Assembly: GCA_037189525.1 (NCBI GenBank)
Contig: JBBCJC010000002.1
Span: 640,001-704,000 of the forward strand
DNA: 64,000 bases
DNA from: Gemmatimonadales bacterium
GTDB lineage: Bacteria; Gemmatimonadota; Gemmatimonadetes; Gemmatimonadales; GWC2-71-9
Direction of reading: 5' to 3'
Part shown: one piece after another, positions 58,349-64,000 of the stretch
Position numbering within the stretch: the first letter of the stretch is position 1
Layout: every line of letters begins with the position of its first letter
Translations under genes and position numbers: made by a program
Notes under the pieces: generated by a model
Database searches by the model: none
Seen by the model: the letters and a program-made list of their open reading frames with translations, nothing else
What the model was told of the DNA's origin: nothing

Positions 58349-58714
58349 GCGATCAGTCTAGGGGGCGAAGCCAGTCGATGCAATGAGACCCGGTGGGGTG
58401 CTTGCCGGTTTTTCTTCCGGGCTTAGGTTCCCCCTTCATCGACCATGCACGTGCCGGATGACGCGCCCGCCCAGTTGCCCAAGTGGAAGCGCGTCGGTCT
58501 GTCGGTTTCGCCCCATCCGTTTGACTCGTCCATGGCACCATGGACACCAACTCGGCTCTGTGGGTGGCGCCATCGTATGGCAGGGCAGTCGCGAGGTGGG
58601 CGGGGTGGCCGGCTTTGCGGACATTCCAGTGCCGAGAACGTCGAGACCATTCACGAGTTTCTGAATCCAGGCAAAACGCCTTCTGTGGTAACACGAAGGA
58701 CGGGGACAACCGCG

Positions 58715-61045
58715 ATGATGAAGCAACGCATTACGCTGCTGACGCTGGCGCTTGCCGTGACGAGCGCCGTACCGGTCTTGGGGCAGGCCTCACTGACGGA
58801 GGCCAAGCGCCGTCTCTCCCAGATCGAAGGGCGGATCCCGATTGCCGGGCTCGACTCCGCCGTCGAGGTCCGTCGGGATCAGTGGGGTGTCCCACACATC
58901 TACGCCAGAACCGTATCGGACCTCTTCTTTACGCAGGGGTTCGTCGCTGCGCAGGACCGGCTTTGGCAGATGGAAATCTGGCGGCGCCAGGGCGATGGAT
59001 TGCTGGCCGAGGTGCTGGGGCCGGACCTGGTGGAGCGGGACCGGTTTGCCAGGCTGCTCAAGTACCGGGGCGACATGGAGGCCGAATGGACCAGTTACGC
59101 ACCGGATACCAAGGAAATCGTCCGTGCGTTCGTGGCCGGGGTCAACGCGCAGATTGCCCGGGTACGGGATAATCCGCCGATCGAGTTCGCGTTGCAGGGC
59201 TTCCGGCCCGAGCCGTGGGGTGAACACGTCCCGCTGCAGCGGATGGCCGCCCTGGCCATGACGGGTAACGCGCTGGTCGAGGTCGATCGGACGCGGCTCC
59301 TCAGCGAAATCGAGCAGGCCACGCTCGAGGCGCTCTTCCCGCTCGATCCGGCCCGGTCGCTCGATCCGGCCTCCGATTTCGATCTGACTGGGATCTCGGT
59401 GCGGTCACTCGGCGCAGCGGCAGCTGCGTACACTGGAGTGCCCTTCCAGCGCTTCGACGGCTCCAACAACTGGGTGATCAGCGGGTCCCGGAGCAAAACC
59501 GGCAAGCCGCTTCTGGCCAACGATCCGCACCGAGCGGTCACGCTGCCGGCGCTCCGTTATCTGACGCACCTGGTCGGTCCGGGGTGGAATGTGATCGGCG
59601 CGGGGGAGCCCGGAGTGCCGGGCGTGGCTGGCGGGCATAACGGCGCGATGGCGTTCGGGTTCACCATCGTCGGGATGGATCAGCAGGACGTCTATGTCGA
59701 AAAGCTCGGTCCCTGTCCCCTGGCCTCGCCCAAGCGCTGTTACTGGAACCGGGGCGATTGGAAGCCGGTCCATGTCATCGTCGATACCATCCCGGTCAAG
59801 GGCGAGGCGGCGCGGGTGGTCAACCTCGAGTTTACCGAACATGGTCCCATCATCTCGGAAGACCGCAACGGAACGCGCGGCTTCGTGATCCGCTTCGTGG
59901 GCAGCGAGCCGGGTACGGCGGGATACCTGGCTCAGATCTCGATCAACCGGGCCAAGGACTGGAAGACGTTCCGCGAGGCGGCGCATCGCTGGCGTTTGCC
60001 GACCGAAAATCTGGTCTACGCCGATACCAGCGGCACCATTGGCTGGATTGCGGCAGGGCTCAACCCGATCCGGTCGTGGAGTGGTCTGCTACCGGTTCCC
60101 GGCGACGGCCGGTTCGAATGGGAAGGGTTCCTCCCGTTCTCGGAACTTCCGGAGAGCGTCAACCCGTCCAGCGGTTACATCGTCACGGCCAATCACAACA
60201 TTCTGCCGGCAGGGTATCGGCATCAGCTCAACTACGACTGGGCCACGCCGTACCGGGCCAATCGCATCACTCGTGAGCTTGCCAAGCGCCGCAACTGGAC
60301 CCGTCAGGATTTCGAGACGCTCCAGCACGATGAATATTCCTTGCCGGCGTCGGAGTTGGTGCCGGTGTTGTTGCGTGCGGCGGAGCGTCGCCGCGTGCGC
60401 GGGCCGGAACTCGATCTCATGAAGCGGTGGGATTTCGTAATGCGGCGCGACGATGCGGCGCCTCTCATCTACACCGCCTGGATGCGGGACCTCGCGGCGG
60501 CCGTGTACCAGCCGCGCTTCGGCGGCCGGACCCGGGAACGAGGCCGGGCGTACGATCTGCCGACGGTCATTCGGTTGGTCCGCACACCCGATCGTGTCTT
60601 TGGCGCCAAGCCGGAGGCGGCCCGTGACTCGCTGGTGCTGGCCGTGTTCGATCAGGCGGTGGCCCGGGTTCGTGCCGAGGTCGGGGGCGCGGCTTCGAGC
60701 TGGAAATGGGGCGATCTCCATCAGGCACATTTCCGGCATCCGCTGGCCAAGGCGTTCGACCTGCCCTCGATCCGCCGCGGCGGCGACGACAATACCGTCA
60801 ACATGACGGCCGGCGGCGGATGGACCCAGTCGTCCGGGGCATCGTACCGGGGCATCTTCGATCTGGCCGATCTCGACAATTCGGTGGCTACCTCGGTACC
60901 CGGGCAGTCGGGACAGCCGGGCAGTCCCTTCTATGACAACCTGCTCGAGCTCTGGGGCGAAGGGCGATACTTCCCGCTGCTCTACAGTCGCGCTGCCGTC
61001 GAACGGGAGACGCGCTACGTACTCTGGCTCGAACCGGGACGTTAG
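58715..61045 (+). CDS. Penicillin acylase family (S45, Ntn hydrolase)
   Basis: Signal peptide; RD.WGVPHIYA, AQDRLWQM, G|SNNW nucleophile, ANDPH, NLVYAD, TAN, PGQSG.P.SP.Y. Confidence 0.93.
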   Translation: MMKQRITLLTLALAVTSAVPVLGQASLTEAKRRLSQIEGRIPIAGLDSAVEVRRDQWGVPHIYARTVSDLFFTQGFVAAQDRLWQMEIWRRQGDGLLAEVLGPDLVERDRFARLLKYRGDMEAEWTSYAPDTKEIVRAFVAGVNAQIARVRDNPPIEFALQGFRPEPWGEHVPLQRMAALAMTGNALVEVDRTRLLSEIEQATLEALFPLDPARSLDPASDFDLTGISVRSLGAAAAAYTGVPFQRFDGSNNWVISGSRSKTGKPLLANDPHRAVTLPALRYLTHLVGPGWNVIGAGEPGVPGVAGGHNGAMAFGFTIVGMDQQDVYVEKLGPCPLASPKRCYWNRGDWKPVHVIVDTIPVKGEAARVVNLEFTEHGPIISEDRNGTRGFVIRFVGSEPGTAGYLAQISINRAKDWKTFREAAHRWRLPTENLVYADTSGTIGWIAAGLNPIRSWSGLLPVPGDGRFEWEGFLPFSELPESVNPSSGYIVTANHNILPAGYRHQLNYDWATPYRANRITRELAKRRNWTRQDFETLQHDEYSLPASELVPVLLRAAERRRVRGPELDLMKRWDFVMRRDDAAPLIYTAWMRDLAAAVYQPRFGGRTRERGRAYDLPTVIRLVRTPDRVFGAKPEAARDSLVLAVFDQAVARVRAEVGGAASSWKWGDLHQAHFRHPLAKAFDLPSIRRGGDDNTVNMTAGGGWTQSSGASYRGIFDLADLDNSVATSVPGQSGQPGSPFYDNLLELWGEGRYFPLLYSRAAVERETRYVLWLEPGR

Positions 61046-61062
61046 GCAGCTTCGTCGGCGCC

Positions 61063-62343
61063 ATGACACCGAACGAGGTCTTCGGGATTCTCGTTGCCGC
61101 GCTGGGCGGCACGGCCATCGGGTTCGAGCGGCAGTGGTCCGGCCACGCGGACGGACCCGATGCACGCTTTGCCGGGATCCGGACCTTCACCATGCTAGGT
61201 GCGCTGGGCGGGGTCTGCGGCTGGCTCTGGTCGGAGCAGGCGACGGTGCTCGCCGCGATTCTGCTCTCGGGGGTGGTGGCGTTCACGGTCGGTGCGTACA
61301 TCGCAGCCAGCCGGCGGGACATCGACGGTACGACCGAGGCCGCCGCGCTGATCGTGGTTGCCGCGGGAGTGCTCGCGGGAATGGGCAGCATGCGGGTGGC
61401 GAGCGGTATCATCGCCGTGCTCAGCGTGGTGCTGCTCGAGAAATCGCGGCTCCACTCGTTCGTCGCGCGGATCGACAGCGTCGAACTCAGGGCGGGGGCG
61501 CGGTTCGCGGTGATGGCGCTCGTGATCCTGCCGCTGCTGCCGGAAGGTCCCTACGGGCCGTTTGGAGGAATTCGCCCTCGCGAGCTCTGGATGCTGGTGC
61601 TCTTCTTCACCGGCTTGAGCTTCTTCGGCCATCTGATGCGGCGCGCGGTCGGTCCCGACAACGGGTATCTGATCAGCGGGATCGCGGGCGGGCTCGTCTC
61701 CTCCACCAATGTGACCTGGACCTTTGCTCGGCTCAGCCGGTCGGAGCCGGGTGTGGCGCGCCCGCTCGCGCTGGGCATCGTCGGCGCCAACGCCATGCTG
61801 TATCCTCGGGTGCTGGCGGCGACCACGGTGCTCAACACCGCGATGGTCCCGTCGCTGCTCCCTCTCTTGGCAGCACCTGCGCTAGTGGCGGCTCTCGCGG
61901 TCGGGATCGGTGCGTGGCAAGCGCGGCGCGGCTCGGCGCTCCGCACCTCCGTCAGTGATCCGGCCCATGTCGCCGAGCTGCGCGCCGAGCGGAATCCGCT
62001 GCAGCTGTCCAACGCGCTGCAGATGGCGGTGCTGTTTCAGGTGGTGCTCATGGTCGTCCACGTCGCGCGCGGCAACTTCGGGCAGGCCGGTCTAATGGCC
62101 ACGGCCGGCGTGCTCGGCCTTACCGATGTTGACGCGCTGACGATCTCGATGGCGCGTGAGATCGCGCCGGCCGTGTCGGTCGAGATGGCGGCGCTCGCGC
62201 TGGCAGTGGGCATCCTCTCCAATACGGCGCTCAAGACCGCGCTGGCTCTGATCTTCGGCGCCGGCACGGTCCGGCTCGTCGCCGGCGGCACCTTACTGCT
62301 CATGATCGCGGCGGGGGCGGCCGCGATCTGGCTCCGAGTCTGA
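61063..62343 (+). CDS. MgtC/SapB + DUF4010 membrane protein
   Basis: G..IG.ERQ, AGIRTF, GTTE.A, GGLVSST, G.TDVDA. Confidence 0.9.
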   Translation: MTPNEVFGILVAALGGTAIGFERQWSGHADGPDARFAGIRTFTMLGALGGVCGWLWSEQATVLAAILLSGVVAFTVGAYIAASRRDIDGTTEAAALIVVAAGVLAGMGSMRVASGIIAVLSVVLLEKSRLHSFVARIDSVELRAGARFAVMALVILPLLPEGPYGPFGGIRPRELWMLVLFFTGLSFFGHLMRRAVGPDNGYLISGIAGGLVSSTNVTWTFARLSRSEPGVARPLALGIVGANAMLYPRVLAATTVLNTAMVPSLLPLLAAPALVAALAVGIGAWQARRGSALRTSVSDPAHVAELRAERNPLQLSNALQMAVLFQVVLMVVHVARGNFGQAGLMATAGVLGLTDVDALTISMAREIAPAVSVEMAALALAVGILSNTALKTALALIFGAGTVRLVAGGTLLLMIAAGAAAIWLRV

Positions 62344-62412
62344 GGTCACGCTCGACCCGATCGAGACCGGGATGAGCATCTCCCGAATGGCCCGAATGAG
62401 GCCAAGGTGTCG

Positions 62413-63474
62413 TCAGGACGTGGCGGGCAACTTCTCCAGCGCATCCTTCGTCTCGCGATCGATCATCGGATTGCGGGCCTTGGCCGCGAGCTTGGTCAAC
62501 GCATCGCGATAGGCTGCATCGAGCGCCTTGTCGGCGGCGACGGCCATGTCCGCGGAAACACCGGTGCCTTCCCAGTTGGTCTTGGTGATCGGATTGATGG
62601 CGCGGCCCGACGGGATGAACGCCCCGAAGTGGTCGCTCAACCGCTCCATGCCACCCGGATTGGCGCCGCCCCCGGTGGTTTCGCCCACGATCATGGCCCG
62701 CTTCTGGGTCTGCATGTTGTAGGTGAATTCCTCGCCCGCCGAGAAGGTGCGCGAGCTGGTGAGGACGTAGACGTCGCGATCGACGTAGCGCTTGCCGGGC
62801 ACATGGCCGAGCGTCCACCACTGCTGGGTTTCGCCGGTGGTCCGCCAGTAGAGGCTGTTGAGGTGCACCGGGCGACCCCCCTCGAAGAAATAGGTGCAGA
62901 GGAAGGCCACCATTGCCGGACTGCCGCCGCCGTTCTGGCGGAGGTCGATGATCATGGCGTCGGTCCCGGCGAGAAACGCCATCGCCGCGGCGGCAATCTG
63001 CCCGGCCTCTCCCGACGGGTCGGCGAAGGCGTCGAGCTTGAGATACCCGATATTGCCCGCCAACCGTTCGACCTTTGCGAACCCGTAGTTCCGGCTCGCC
63101 ATCGGATCGGGGCCGGCCGGTCGGCCCTGCGGCCGAGGCTGAGGCGCCTCGGAGAAGTAGAGGACGTTGAGGTGTTTGTCGCGCGCAATGGCGGCCAGAT
63201 CCTCGGTCAGGACTCGGCTGAATGCTTTGGCGCTGGTGACGGTGTCGTAGGCCTTGGCCGCCAGCCGCTCCTTGAGCCGGGCGTCGAGCTTCTCGCCCAC
63301 CTCGGGGAAGACGTATCGGTCGCGGAGCGCTTTGCCGAGGGCGTCGATGACCTGGGCTCGTTCCGGACCGGTGACGGTTCGGTCCGGCTGGTCGCGAGGG
63401 CCTTGCGCCTCCACGCGGCTCGATGACGTGATCAGGAGCAGGGCGACGGCAAGAGCAGACAGGCGGATGACCAT
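62413..63474 (-). CDS. S41 family peptidase (IRBP-like, no PDZ), secreted
   Basis: D.HL, NIGYL, IIDLR.NGGG, TFSAGEEF.Y, GE.TGGGA.P, NWEG.GV..D. Confidence 0.92.
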   Translation of the reverse strand: MVIRLSALAVALLLITSSSRVEAQGPRDQPDRTVTGPERAQVIDALGKALRDRYVFPEVGEKLDARLKERLAAKAYDTVTSAKAFSRVLTEDLAAIARDKHLNVLYFSEAPQPRPQGRPAGPDPMASRNYGFAKVERLAGNIGYLKLDAFADPSGEAGQIAAAAMAFLAGTDAMIIDLRQNGGGSPAMVAFLCTYFFEGGRPVHLNSLYWRTTGETQQWWTLGHVPGKRYVDRDVYVLTSSRTFSAGEEFTYNMQTQKRAMIVGETTGGGANPGGMERLSDHFGAFIPSGRAINPITKTNWEGTGVSADMAVAADKALDAAYRDALTKLAAKARNPMIDRETKDALEKLPATS

Positions 63475-63486
63475 GGTTCCTCCGGC

Positions 63487-63514
63487 TTGACTCGCGACTG
63501 GGGATTAATATGAT
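63487..63514 (+). promoter_or_regulatory. sigma70-like promoter of the TetR gene
   Basis: TTGACT-N16-TATGAT ending 10 nt before ATG 63525; ATAG-N6-CTAT palindrome overlaps it. Confidence 0.55.
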
Positions 63515-63524
63515 AGCGAATACT

Positions 63525-64000
63525 ATGATTCCTGCCACTCGCCGACCGTCGCGGTCCTCGCGGACCCGCGCCCCCCGCCAGGCCCGGAGCGAGGCGACCT
63601 ATCGCCGGATGCTCGATGCGGCCGAAGCGCTGCTGACGGAAGCGAGCTTCGATCAAGTCACGGTGGCTCGGATCGCCGCGCGCGCCGGTGTCACGATCGG
63701 CGCGTTTTACGCCCGATTCGCCGACAAGGACGCCCTGCTCGAGGCGTTGGAGGAGCGGGTAACCGAGGCCGTCCTGGCGGTGGTGAGCCGGGCGATCGAC
63801 CCGGCGCGGTGGGAGGGAGCCACGATCGAAGAGGCGATCCGGCATTACCTGGCCGAGTTGATCACGACCTATCGGGAGACCCGTGGCGCGGGTCGGGCCC
63901 TCGTGCTGCAGGCGCACACCGATCCGGCGCTGCGCCGCCGGCTCCACCGGCTCAACGTCGACGGGCCGCCCCAGGTACTCGAGTTGCTGCGCCGCCACGC
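63525..64000 (+). CDS. TetR family regulator (3' end lies outside the window)
   Basis: Translated by hand: PRQARSEAT...MLDAAEALL...FDQVTVARIAARAGVTIGAFYARFADKDALL; absent from the ORF track because it has no stop in the window. Confidence 0.88.
   Translation, partial: MIPATRRPSRSSRTRAPRQARSEATYRRMLDAAEALLTEASFDQVTVARIAARAGVTIGAFYARFADKDALLEALEERVTEAVLAVVSRAIDPARWEGATIEEAIRHYLAELITTYRETRGAGRALVLQAHTDPALRRRLHRLNVDGPPQVLELLRRH

Overview
High-GC (about 68-70% by eye), gene-dense bacterial chromosomal segment with about 59 CDS. I found no rRNA, tRNA, CRISPR array, integrase or transposase. Gene content (PadR-ADOP permease pair, several ECF sigma/anti-sigma modules, DUF4175/BatA-like genes, many secreted peptidases) suggests Gemmatimonadota or a similar lineage; this is inference. 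Content is mostly envelope and proteolysis genes (M61, M42, M28, M20, two S41, S45, rhomboid), four ECF sigma modules, a TolC/MacAB-type efflux operon, DNA repair genes (dinB, polX-PHP, nth) and lipid genes (cls, fabH). The main candidate for a new system is a stand-alone 1338-aa membrane-anchored STAND NTPase (15392-19408) with a C-terminal array of about 46-aa repeats carrying an invariant Cys, resembling an NLR/Avs-type sensor. Other highlights: an ECF/anti-sigma/two secreted HEAT-repeat protein module next to a tail-specific protease; an ECF/anti-sigma/protease-less double-PDZ module; a PolX that has lost its catalytic aspartates but keeps an intact PHP domain; a SigG-type promoter in front of a glyoxalase gene; and recurrent leaderless-gene signatures. 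All product calls come from motif recognition by eye, not database searches.
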